From Eledone cirrhosa (Eukaryota): a DNA stretch of 64,000 nucleotides. Position 1 is the first letter of the stretch; each line of letters opens with the position of its first letter. The stretch spans positions 21,452,001 through 21,516,000 of the forward strand of contig OZ024760.1 of assembly GCA_964016885.1 (NCBI GenBank), in the 5' to 3' direction. This document shows positions 40,926 to 54,240 of the stretch, piece after piece. A program made the translations under genes and the position numbers. Under the pieces are notes generated by a model. The model made no database searches. It worked only from the letters and a program-made list of their open reading frames with translations, and had not been told where the DNA came from.

Positions 40926-41356
40926 GTTTATCTGTGTCTGCCTACTCTGTGGCTACCGTCTATCTTTATTGCCGTATATATATACGTATATATATATATG
41001 TATATATATATATGTATATATATATATGTATATATATATATATGTATATATATATATGTATATATATATATATGTATATATATATGTATATATATATATG
41101 TATATATATATATATGTATATATATATATGTATATATATATATATGTATATATATATATGTATATATATATATGTATATATATATATATGTATATATATA
41201 TATGTATATATATATATATACATATACACTCTAGCATTTACTATCATTTACTATTATATTTTCACAGTAAACACTTTGTGTTACAGCTCACACCTATGCA
41301 GGTTTAGCTGGCCTCCTCCAAGGTATATCTAGTTAGAGGTGTCTTGGGTGATTTAA

Positions 41357-41523
41357 TGATAGGGACCCCAGTCCTATCATCTCATTTCTACAGCTGAGTA
41401 AACTGGAGCAACGGGAAATAAAGTGTCTTGCTCAAGGACACAACACATCACCTGGTCCAAGAATTGAACTCACAACCTTTCGATTGCAAGCCCAATGCTC
41501 TAACCACTAAGCCATGCGACTTC
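41357..41523 (-). mobile_element. SINE family A, 5' half
   Basis: Matches the family head and core. Confidence 0.75.
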
Positions 41524-42204
41524 ACCTCACATAATGTCAATTCTGTGAGATTTTGCTATTATTTATTTTGAGGACAATACCTTAACATCAGTATGAGCGG
41601 CTGGTTATAGCCAGTTTCAACAGAAAAAGGTGAGAGAATTCTGGCCAGTTTAAATACTAAAGGGTTAATGAAGGAATTTACTAAAATTATTAATTATTTC
41701 ATTACTAAGATAGTAAATTAACCCCTTCATGACTGCATTATTAACATCCTTACGGGGGTCGATAAAATAAATTACCAGTAATGCACTGGTGGTAATTGCT
41801 GGCCTTGTACCAAAAGTAGAAACAATTATTATATATGTACTATTAAGAGTTAATAATAAACAAAATAGAGGACAAAAACACTATTTTAAAATTTTATTTT
41901 GAAGGGGAAATAACCCATAAAAAGGGATTTGAACCAATTATCTTTCTTTGTTAATCATTATGCCAATTGCTGGAACAGTCGGCCAGCTGCTTTACCTGAC
42001 AGCCGACAACTATCCAACCAGTACTACCATTCAACAGACTAGCCAGTGCATAAATCGTTCATTTCTGCAGCTATTACATGATATAGTCTACTGAAAGAAA
42101 GAAACCTGTAATTCGAATATACTACGATATGGTCTTTATATATATATATATATATGTGTAAAAGGTAAACAGAGATAACAACACAATTGGTACAGTATAC
42201 GGAA

Positions 42205-42440
42205 GGGCATGGATGAGTTAAGAGAGAAACTGTGATAAGAGGGATAAGTTGTAATGTGTGGGGGAGAAGACTAAGATGGTATGGACATGTGATGCGCATG
42301 GAGGATGACTGCTGGGTAAAGAAGTGCCAAGAAAGCCCATTAGAAGAAAGACCACGAAAAACATGGGCGGAAGTGGTGAGAGCTGATCTCAGATCGCTGA
42401 AGCTCACGGAGGAGGGAAAAGCGGACGTAAAATGATGATC
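42205..42440 (+). mobile_element. RTE 3' fragment with internal deletion
   Basis: RLRWYGHVMRMEDD...RPRKTWAEVVRADL; family tail. Confidence 0.8.
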
Positions 42441-42830
42441 TTTTTTCTGCTATAAATTATTTATGGCCAGTTTAATGGTCACTCCCACGCCTCTAGCCCC
42501 CATATATACACTCACGTTTATGTATCAATCAGTACCCCCAGAATGTTGGCTCCATGGAACTCCCTGCTCATGTCTTTCTCCCTCAAAAGCACACTATCAT
42601 TTCCAGAAACAGATCTGTCCGTAACATATATATATTACCATCTTAAAATAAATATTAATTGTTCTGTACAAAATACTAGTGGTTTTTAAATAAATTTATT
42701 TATAGAAACGAAATGAGAATGAGTTTACACGCCTCAAAATATATTCCGTGTGTTATTTCTTTCCATATATATTTTTTTAAATAAATAAAATGTTACCTAT
42801 AAGTATGACTTTTATTTACTAAGTAACATT

Positions 42831-42950
42831 GTCCCTTCGCGTGGCGATACGCGTAGCGGTTCGGACTTTATCGCCTACTTATGTATGGCGTGACCATTCC
42901 ATGCGTCTGAAGATCGAATCACTGCGGTGGCAGGCTGAGTAATGCTTTTT
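42831..42950 (+). ncRNA. Candidate Pol III small RNA gene 1 (unidentified)
   Basis: GC-rich island; upstream TACCTATAAGTATG (42794-42807); hairpin GGCGATA/TATCGCC; B-box match GATCGAATC (42912-42920); T5 end; paralogous to 44205-44362. Confidence 0.45.
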
Positions 42951-44204
42951 GCTCTAAATTTGATTAGAGTTACTTCCTCTTTATGGAACTCTTCCCATTT
43001 TGGATACTGTTTTCATTGCTGTACACTAGCACCATCTCTCTATACGCACTTTATGTCAATAACACTCACATTTTGGATATTGTGTTCATGTGTATTTTCT
43101 TTACTGTGGCTTTCTGGCACATCTTCACCCACTTTAAAACTAAAAAAACGACTAGACATACAAATAGTGTTCCAAACATCGGAAGAACGCGAATAAAAAA
43201 CGTTAAAAATTTGGATTTTACTAATTTTATGGAGGTAAAGTAAAGCTTTATTTTATGTTGATCACTTTTATTAAAACAATTTCTGTTTATTTCTCTCCAT
43301 AATGTCAGAAATAATTATTTAAACGTTAGTTTTGTTTAGCTTCTGTCACACCTCTACATTCTAATCTAATACAACACACCTCTCACACAGTCTTAGTTTC
43401 TTTTTTTCAGAAACTTCATTTACAGTTCCCCCTTTAGTGATTTACATCTACATTCTTAGTTTCTTTAATGTTACATTCCTTGGTGTAGGAAAAGGTTTTC
43501 TTGTTTCCTCTATTTAAATGTATATATAATAAAATACAAAATAGTTTTGTTTAGCTTCTGTCACACCTTACATTCAAATGTAATACAACACACCTCCCCC
43601 ACAAATAGTTTATTCTTTAGATTAGTAAATAATATATCCTCGTATTTTATAATCAGAGGTAAACTGTTGATCGGTGTTAACTAGATATCGCTTTTACTTT
43701 TAACCTACAAAACATAGAACATTCTTAGTTTGGGGTCTCTTGCCCAGCGATTCATTGGAGAAAAAAATATAAACGAGGTAATTCGTTCTGAATAGAGATT
43801 TTCATAAGGAAATTGTATATGTCTATATGTGTCTTCCTAATAAATGTAGCGGTCTTGGTGTCAGTACGGAGGTAAGTAATCTTTAATTTTAATTATTCAT
43901 TGGAGAAAAAAATATAAACGAAATGAATGGAGGTAATTCGTTCTGAATAGAGATTTTCATAAGGAAATTGTTAGTGCGCTGGACGATGTTTTTATTTAAT
44001 GAATATAATTTCATAATTTATAGAGAAAAAAAGGTTCAGAGGTCGAATCCCTCATCGTCACAATACCACCAATGCGCTAATAATTTTCTTGTAAAAAATC
44101 TCTACTCAGAACCCCAAATTACCTCCCTTCGTTTCGTTTATATTTTTTTTAAACAAAAATTGTGAAAAGTACCCATAAGTATGTGTTTGGAACTCAGTAG
44201 AATT

Positions 44205-44362
44205 GCGGCCTTCGAGGTGGCGCGCGAGCTGCGTCTCGTATCGCCAGTCCCAGTGACTGACGTTCGTTTCGTAGTGGCGTGCGACTGCTAAAAGGGCCTG
44301 GGACTGTCTGGGCCGGTACTTAGATTACTGGCCCGTCCCAGACCACCTCGGAGAATCTTTTT
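44205..44362 (+). ncRNA. Candidate Pol III small RNA gene 2 (unidentified)
   Basis: Upstream TACCCATAAGTATG (44170-44183); 11-bp terminal stem CTTCGAGGTGG/CCACCTCGGAG; internal stems CAGTCCCAG/CTGGGACTG and GGGCCGGTA/TACTGGCCC; T5 end. Confidence 0.5.
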
Positions 44363-44499
44363 GCTAAAAAAAACGTGAATTATCTCCCCTTGGATTTTAC
44401 CTCCCTTGATTTTAAGAATTCATTTTGATTTTTCGAATTGATTTAGATTTCTCGACTTTTCTGTATATATATAAATTTCGAAATTTGCACATTCAATAA

Positions 44500-46400
44500 T
44501 ACACATTTCATATAGAATTTTTTTTCGACTTTTTAAAAACACGCATTTCATATGGAATTTTTTTTGATACTTTCAAAAACACTCGTTTCATATAGAATTT
44601 TTTTCGACTCTTCAAAAACACGTTCCATATAGAAATTTTTTTGACACTTTCAAAAACACTCGTTTCATATAGAATTTATTTTCGACTTTTCAAAAACACG
44701 CATTTCATATGGATTTTTTTTTGACACTTTCAAAAACACTCGTTTCATATGGAATTTTTTTTCGACTTTTCAAAAACACCCATTTCATATAGAATTTTTT
44801 TTTGACTTTTCAAAAACACTTGTTTCATATAGAATTTATTTTCGACTTTTCAAAAACACCCATTTCATATATAATTTTTTTTTGACACTTTCAAAAACAC
44901 TCGTTTCATATAGAATTTTTTTTCGACTTTTCAAAGACACCCATTTCATATAGAATTTTTTTTCGACTTTTCAAAAACACTTGTTTCATATAGAATTTAT
45001 TTTCGACTTTTCAAAAACACCCATTTCATATAGAATTTTTTTTCGACTTTTCAAAAACACTTGTTTCATATAGAATTTTTTTTCGACTTTTCAAAAACAC
45101 TCATTTCATATAGAATTTTTTTTGACACTTTCAAAAACACACATTTCATATAGAATTTTTTTTCGACTTTTCAAAAACACACATTTCATATAGAATTTTT
45201 TTTGACACTTTCAAAAACACTCGTTTCATATAGAATTTTTTTTCGACTTTTCAAAAACACTCATTTCATATAGAATTTATTTTCGACTTTTCAAAAACAC
45301 ACATTTCATATAGAATTTTTTTTCGACTTTTCAAAAACACTCGTTTCATATAGAATTTTTTTTCGACTTTTCAAAAACACTTGTTTCATATAGAATTTTT
45401 TTTCGACTTTTCAAAAACACTCATTTCATATAGAATTTTTTTTGACACTTTCAAAAACACACATTTCATATAGAATTTTTTTTCGACTTTTCAAAAACAC
45501 TCGTTTCATATAGAATTTTTTTTCGACTTTTCAAAAACACCCATTTCATATAGAATTTTTTTTCGACTTTTCAAAAACACTCATTTCATATAGAATTTTT
45601 TTTCGACTTTTCAAAAACACTCATTTCATATAGAATTTTTTTTGACACTTTCAAAAACACACATTTCATATAGAATTTTTTTTCGACTTTTCAAAAACAC
45701 CCATTTCATATAGAATTTTTTTTGACACTTTCAAAAACACTCATTTCATATAGAATTTTTTTTGACACTTTCAAAAACACACATTTCATATAGAATTTTT
45801 TTTCGACTTTTCAAAAACACCCATTTCATATAGAATTTTTTTTCGACTTTTCAAAAACACTCATTTCATATAGAATTTTTTTTGACACTTTCAAAAACAC
45901 TCATTTCATATAGAATTTTTTTTGACACTTTCAAAAACACACATTTCATATAGAATTTTTTTTCGACTTTTCAAAAACACACATTTCATATAGAATTTTT
46001 TTTCGACTTTTCAAAAACACACATTTCATATAGAATTTTTTTTGACACTTTCAAAAACACACATTTCATATAGAATTTTTTTTTCGACTTTTCAAAAACA
46101 CACATTTCATATGGAATTTTTTTTGACACTTTCAAAAACACTCGTTTCATATAGAATTTTTTTTCGACTTTTCAAAAACACTCATTTCATATAGAATTTT
46201 TTTTGACACTTTCAAAAACACACATTTCATATAGAATTTTTTTTCGACTTTTCAAAAACACACATTTCATATAGAATTTTTTTTGACACTTTCAAAAACA
46301 CTCATTTCATATAGATTTTTTTTTTCGACTTTTCAAAAACACACATTTCATATAGAATTTTTTTTGACACTTTCAAAGACACTCATTTCATATAGAATTT
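44500..46400. repeat. 40-bp satellite array, about 47 copies, two sub-variants
   Basis: tttcatatagaattttttt(tcgacttt|tgacactt)tcaaaaacacNca. Confidence 0.95.
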
Positions 46401-47131
46401 TTTTCCTAGACACTTCATTTACATTCTTTTTAGACACTTCATTTAGAATCTTAGTTTCTTTTTTTAGACACTTCATTTAGTTTCTTTTTTTTAGACACTT
46501 CATTTAGATTCTTAGTTTCTTTTTTTAGACACTTCATCTACATTCTTAGTTTCATTTTCATATTCAAGGGAAACAACTCATGTTTTTAAAGAGTTACCTA
46601 CCTTGAATTTAAAAAAAAAAAAATTGAAGGGAGACAACTCATGTTTTTAAAGAGTTAACTCCCTTGAATAAAAAAAAAAAAACTCTCCCCTTTGTTGATA
46701 GAGTTACGTTCATTTAATAAAAAAAAACATGACTTATTGTCTTTGAAAGAGTTAATTCCTGTACTAAAATATATTCCGAAGGAGGTTTTAGACAGTCGGT
46801 ATTTCTTTCGAAGACAAGAGACGTTTATATGTCTCGACGCTGATTTCTTTCTTCAAAATATTAACACAACTAGTATATAATATGTAAAGATTTCTTTATT
46901 AACAGAAACTTTGTTTATGAGGCTAAAAGCCAATCTTTTTTTGTCAAATAAACTGTAAATAATATGTAAAAAATTTTTTATTAACAAAAACTTTATTCAT
47001 ACAATTCGTAAATAATATGTAAACATATTTTTATTAACAGACACTCCATCACTGTTCAGGAAACTTGAACTTGTAAATACTTTCACAATCAAAACCTTCT
47101 TTCAGTGGTTGCAGCAAACAACACAGCATAT

Positions 47132-50100
47132 GGCCGAGAAGGCTGGACATCTGTAAGAAAAATGAAATAAGAAAAACTATGAAAGTCATTTATGTACATT
47201 GTCAATAAAAAAATTAAACTTTCTAAAATTCTTCCAGCTTTGTCTTTTACTATAATATATATAAATACACATATGGATATATATGTATATATACTTAGAA
47301 CTTTATAAAATTCTTTCACGTATATAGTGATATTCCATTATATATGTACATATACAATAATACATGTATATATACAGAAAGAAGAAAACCTGTTACTACG
47401 TTGAGTTTGTCAAATATTTTTTTATTAAAGCTACTTATAGGTAATAGGGATGTGGTCCGGGAGCCACCAATACTTTGGCAGGTTGCCACAACATACACAG
47501 ATGAAGGGCCTACCCCCACGATGATTGTCAAGCTGGGAAGGGAAGCCTGGTGACCAGCACCTTAAGTCCACGACAGTGAGGCTCACAGATAAGGGAAAGC
47601 CAGGTGTGGAGTTGAGAGGACGAGTGAAAACATGCCAGTGTTTATAAAGAAACTAAGAATGGAAATGTAAATGAAGTGTTTTAAAACGTAATGTAAGTGA
47701 GGTGTCTAAAAAGAAACCAAGAATTTATATGAAGTGTCCAAAAACATCTATCTAAGGGCCTACCCTGGCGATGATTGTCAAGCTCGCCGATCGAGCTGGG
47801 AAGGGACATTCTTAGTTTCTCTCTTAAGAAACTTCATCTACATTCTTAATTTCTCTCTTAAGAATGTAGATGAAGTTTCTCAAAAAAAGAAACTAAGAAT
47901 GTAAATAGAGGAAACCTTTTCCTACATCAAGAAAGAAACTGAGAATGTAAATGACCCCCCCCCCCCCCAATCTTTATCAAAGTGTCGAAATACAATCTAT
48001 ATGGAATATACGGTCTTTGAAAAATCTTGTTCTATGTTACGTTGGTTAAAAGCAATATCTAATTAACACTGATTACAAAATACGAGGATATATTATTTAC
48101 CAACTTACATAATCTAAAGAATACGCTATTTGTGGGGGAGGTGTGTTGTATTAGATTAGAATGTAAGGTGTGACAGAAGCTAAACAAAACTATTTTGTCT
48201 TTTATTATATATACATTTAACTAGAGGAAACAAGAAAACCTTTTCCTACATCAAGGAAGGTAACACTAAAGAAACTAAGAATGTAGATGAAGTTTCTGAA
48301 TAAAGAAACTAAGAGGTGTGTTGTACTAGATTAGAATGTAAGGTGTGACGGAAGCTTAACAAAACTAATGTTTAAACAGAAAATGTCTAAATAAAACTGA
48401 TCAACATAAAATAAAGTTTTACTTTACCTCCGTAAAATTAGTAAAATCCAAGTTTTTAACGTTTTTTATTCACGTTGGAAAACATGAAGTTCTTCAGGCG
48501 ACCATTTAATTTATTTTACTAAAGCACGCATGCGCCGAAAGAAATTGGACATCAATGCGCATGCGCAAAGTATTGATGTAAAGTTGTCGCTCTTTACAAT
48601 CGTGAGTTCGATTCTCACACCGGGCTTTGCGTTGTGTTCTTGAGCAAGACACTTTATTTCACGTTGGAGAAGATCACTGTCGTGGAGCTACAACAACGAA
48701 AGATTTCTCTCTACCTACAAGAGGACAGGTGAGAAAGAAATAGAGAAGATAATAAAAATGTAGCTGTATATAGAGGTTTCTTATACTTATAGCTAAAATT
48801 TTATTTATTAAAAAAAAATATATATATAGAAACGGAACGAAAGCAAGATAATACGCCTCAAAATATATTCCGTGTGTTACCTCACTCTCATTCCGTTTCT
48901 ATATATAAATTAATTTAGAAACTACTAGTATTTAGTACATATATGCCGAACAATTAATATGTTAAGTAAATATACAGGTTTCTGTAAATAAAAATTGTTG
49001 TTTATCACCGGGTTTCCTTGTTAAATGTCTCTCCCTCGATAGGATACCGGTCTATCGCAGGATTAACTACTGAGTGTACTGGAGCAACACGAAATAAAGT
49101 ATTTTCTTTTAAAAGAACATTTGAGTGTGTTGGCTGTTAACTACACAGGAAGAAGTATACAGCAGATTTCTTCCAGAGAAAGCTTTTCACAAAGTCTCCT
49201 ATTCCATTATCTGGAGCAAATGTGACAGACGAGGTTTTATTGACTGTAGGAGATCCTATGAGAAGTTTACATGTGTAAGCTCCTTATTTCGCCATCTGAC
49301 CTGGTTTTAGCTAACTAACGTTTATCATGGTTTAGATATAATATATGTAAATGATTTTATGGATACAATTTGAGTGGCCTAATCTTGTAGTGAACCGAGG
49401 CAGTTTCTTTTGCAAATTTAAAGAAGGCCGAGAAGGCTGGACATCTGTAAGAAAAACTATGAAAGTCATTTATGTATATTGTCAATAAAAAAAATTAAAC
49501 TTTCTAAAATTCTTCCAGCTTTGTCTTTTACTATAATATATATAAATACACATATGGATATATATGTATATATACTTAGAACCTTATAAAATTCTTTCAC
49601 GTATATAGTGAAATTCCATTATATATGTACATATACAATAATTGTTTCTACTTTTGGCACAAGGCCATCAATTACCCAGTACATTACTGGTACTTTATTT
49701 TATCGACCCCGTAAGGATGAAAGGCAAAGTTAACCTCGGCGGGATTTGAACTCAGACTGTAAAGGGAGGACGTAACTATGCTGGAAAGCATGGCGTCCGA
49801 CTCTCTACCGATACTGCCAATCCACACCCGTTGTACATATACAATAATACAGAAAGAAGAAAACCTGTTACTACGTTGAGTTTGTCAAATATTTTTTATT
49901 AAAGCTACTTATAGGTAATAGGGATGTGGTCCGGGAGCCACCAATACTTTGGCAGGTTTCCACAACATACACAGATGAAGGGCCTACCCCCGCGATGATT
50001 GTCAAGCTGGGAAGGGAAGCCTGGTGACCAGCACCTTAAGTCCACGACAGTGAGGCTCACAGATAAGGGAAAGCCAGATGTGGAGTTGAGAGGACGAGTG

Positions 50101-51198
50101 AAAACATGCCAGTGTTTATAAAGAAACTAAGAATGGAAATGAAGTGTTTTAAAACGTAATGTAAGTGAGGTGTCTAAAAAGAAACCAAGAACGTATATGA
50201 AGTGTCCAAAAACATCTATCTAAGGGCCTACCCTCGCGATGATTGTCAAGCTCGCCGATCGAGCTGGGAAGGGACATTCTTAGTTTCTCTCTTAAGAAAC
50301 TTCATCTACATTCTTAATTTCTCTCTTAAGAATGTAGATGAAGTTTCTCAAAAAAAGAAACTAAGAATGTAAATAGAGGAAACCTTTTCATACATCAAGA
50401 AAGAAACTGAGAATGTAAATGACCCCCCCCCCCCCCAAATCTTTATCAAAGTGTCGAAATACAATCTATATGGAATATACGGTCTTTGAAAAATCTTGTT
50501 CTATGTTACGTTTGTTAAAAGCAATATCTAATTAACACTGATTACAAAATACGAGGATATATTATTTACCAACTTACATAATCTAAAGAATACACTATTT
50601 GTGGGGGAGGTGTGTTGTATTAGATTAGAATGTAAGGTGTCACAGAAGCTAAACAAAACTATTTTGTCTTTTATTATATATACATTTAACTAGAGGAAAC
50701 AAGAAAACCTTTTCCTACATCAAGGAAGGTAACACTAAAGAAACTAAGAATGTAGATGAAGTTTCTGAATAAAGAAACTAAGAGGTGTGTTGTACTAGAT
50801 TAGAATGTAAGGTGTGACGGAAGCTTAACAAAACTAATGTTTAAACAGAAAATGTCTAAATAAAACTGATCAACATAAAATAAAGTTTTACTTTACCTCC
50901 GTAAAATTAGTAAAATCCAAGTTTTTAACGTTTTTTATTCACGTTGAAAAACATGAAGTTCTTCAGGCGACCATTTAATTTATTTTACTAAAACACGCAT
51001 GCGCCAAAATAAATTGGACATCAATGCGCATGCGCAAAGTATTTATGTAAAGTTGTCGCTCTTTACAATCGTGAGTTCGATTCTCACACCGGGCTTTGCG
51101 TTGTGTTCTTGAGCAAGACACTTTATTTCACGTTGGAGAAGATCACTGTCGTGGAGCTACAACGAAAGATTTCTCTCTACCTACAAGAGGATAGGTGA
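47132..51198. repeat. Recent direct duplication of about 1.6 kb (47132-48732 and 49426-51198)
   Basis: Near-identical collinear sequence; the second copy carries an extra SINE. Confidence 0.9.
49643..49831 (-). mobile_element. SINE family B with 17-bp TSD
   Basis: TSD tgtacatatacaataat at 49626-49642 and 49832-49848; empty site in the paralogous copy at about 47345. Confidence 0.9.
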
Positions 51199-51761
51199 CA
51201 TTCTTAGTTTCTCTCTTAAGAAACTTCATCTACATTCTTAATTTCTCTCTTAAGAATGTAGATGAAGTTTCTCAAAAAAAGAAACTAAGAATGTAAATAG
51301 AGGAAACCTTTTCCTACATCAAGAAAGAAACTGAGAATGTAAATATATATTTAAATATATATTTAAATATATATTTAAACTCTTAATAAGGTTTAATTTG
51401 TGCTGTTGAAGATGGATATGTGTATTGATGTATGTGTATGTGTGCGTACGTGTGCGTACATATATACATATGTATATCGTACCTTTTAATTTTTATTGTA
51501 ATTTTAATATTGTTACAAGTATATTATATTATATTATATAGTATTATATATAATTACCGCTCTATATAACCACCTTTGTTTAGCTCTAGGCTTTTTTTGC
51601 TTTGGACTATATTTGTAATATGGTGCTAAATGTTATACACCTCCTTAGTGATTTTTATTATATATTTTTACCCATAATCTTGCAATACTTTAGTGTATGT
51701 ACACTCCATATTCTTCGGAGTTTTCGGCTTGTATTGGCCGATAATACTTCTTGTTGTTTTA

Positions 51762-51806
51762 ATTGCCCTGATGAGTCCTTAATAGGACGAAACATTGTTG
51801 GCTAAT
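51762..51806 (+). ncRNA. Canonical minimal type I hammerhead ribozyme
   Basis: GCC-CTGATGA-GTCCT-TAAT-AGGAC-GAAAC-ATT-GTT-GGC; full core and all three stems. Confidence 0.82.
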
Positions 51807-51847
51807 AAAGACTTTTGATGTATTGAAGGCTTCTTTGTTTTACTTTC

Positions 51848-51941
<94 letters not shown>

Positions 51942-51996
51942 CATATATATATATACATATATATATATATACATATATATATATACATATATATAC

Positions 51997-52041
<45 letters not shown>

Positions 52042-52065
52042 CATATATATATGTATATATATATG

Positions 52066-52114
<49 letters not shown>

Positions 52115-52332
52115 GTATATATATATATATATGTAAATATATATATGAATATACATGTATACTCCAGTCCTACAAACTGTAGAGTGCTTCTTATCCGATA
52201 TCTGCATTGCTTTATTGTACTACAATAAAACTCACCTCCTACACTATATGAATATATATATGTATATATATATAAATATATATATGTATATATATATATG
52301 AATATATATATATATATATGTATATATATATG

Positions 52333-52367
<35 letters not shown>

Positions 52368-52476
52368 GTATATATATATATGTATATATGTATATGTATA
52401 TATATATGTATATATATATATGTATATATGTATATGTATATATATATGTATATATATATATGTATATATATATATG

Positions 52477-52559
<83 letters not shown>

Positions 52560-52572
52560 GTATATATATATG

Positions 52573-52603
<31 letters not shown>

Positions 52604-52616
52604 GTATATATATATG

Positions 52617-52665
<49 letters not shown>

Positions 52666-52754
52666 GTATATATATATATATGTATGTATATATATATATA
52701 TGTATATATATATATGTATATGTATGTATATATATATATATATATATGTATATG

Positions 52755-52893
<139 letters not shown>

Positions 52894-52906
52894 GTATATA
52901 TATATG

Positions 52907-52937
<31 letters not shown>

Positions 52938-53181
52938 GTATATATATATATATGTATATACAATTAAGTTAAAAATGTACATCCACATATGTATACTGAA
53001 ATATTAGTATGCATATGAATACACACACGTGTACATATGTAAATGTACCGAGTTTTTCACTGGACACTTTACTGTGAGTGTTCAGCTATTCTGTATGTAA
53101 ACACACAGACAAACCGGTTTTTAGAGTCATACTGGTTTTCGAGGAAACACCTTTCCTCTATTCTCCAGAAAGCCAGACAGG

Positions 53182-53226
53182 AATATTGGACTAGTTTCGA
53201 TGTTGTTACATCTCATCACCAATATT
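53182..53226 (-). ncRNA. Hammerhead motif with C3G core change, inside an inverted repeat (about 52958-53087 / 53369-53495)
   Basis: On -: AATATTG-GTGATGA-GATGT-AACA-ACATC-GAAAC-TA-GTC-CAATATT. Confidence 0.65.
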
Positions 53227-53576
53227 TACCTATTCCGGCCTTTCTAGAGAATCGTAAAAGCACATATCGTTATATGCTTTTTCTATGAAAATTAGTAGTG
53301 GGCAGACTAATTTGCATAGAGCGTGAGTACGTACCGGTTCAGCGGAGACGATAAAAACAAATAACGAAAGCTGAACACTCACAGTAAAGTGTCCAGTGAA
53401 AAACTCGGTACATCTACATATGTACACGTGTGTGTATTCATATGCATACTAATATTTCAGTATACATATGTGGATGTACATTTTTAACTTAATTGTTTAA
53501 GCGTCAGTCATACAAAAGTGAGTTACAAACGAAGCGAAATTTAATTTCGTTTCGTTATTTGTTTTTATATGTATAT

Positions 53577-53608
<32 letters not shown>

Positions 53609-53651
53609 GTATATGTATATATATATATATGTGTATATATATATATATGTG

Positions 53652-53684
<33 letters not shown>

Positions 53685-53755
53685 GTATATATATATATGT
53701 ATATATATATATGTATATATATATGTATATATATATATGTATATATATATATATG

Positions 53756-53787
<32 letters not shown>

Positions 53788-53869
53788 TATATGTATATGT
53801 ATATATATATGTATATATATATGTATATATATATATATGTATATATATATATGTTTATATATATGTATG

Positions 53870-53920
<51 letters not shown>

Positions 53921-53961
53921 GTATATGTATATATATATATGTATATATATATATGTATATG

Positions 53962-53992
<31 letters not shown>

Positions 53993-54051
53993 GTATATAT
54001 ATATATGTATATATATATGTATATATATATGTATGTATATTTATATATATG

Positions 54052-54113
<62 letters not shown>

Positions 54114-54200
54114 AATATATATATATGTATATGTATATATATATGTATATGTATATATATATATGTATATATATGTATATATACATATATATATATATAC

Positions 54201-54239
<39 letters not shown>

Positions 54240-54240
<1 letters not shown>

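Noticed and set aside
44205-44362. Identification as 7SL/Alu, 7SK, HDV-like or twister ribozyme
   Set aside because: Only short word matches (GGTGGCGCG, AGTCCCAG, TGGGAC). It lacks the SRP S-domain, the paired GATC motifs of 7SK, the HDV L3/P1.1 pattern and the twister UAA core.
44500-46400. CRISPR-like regular array
   Set aside because: No unique spacers, no cas genes, eukaryotic context; it is a plain satellite.
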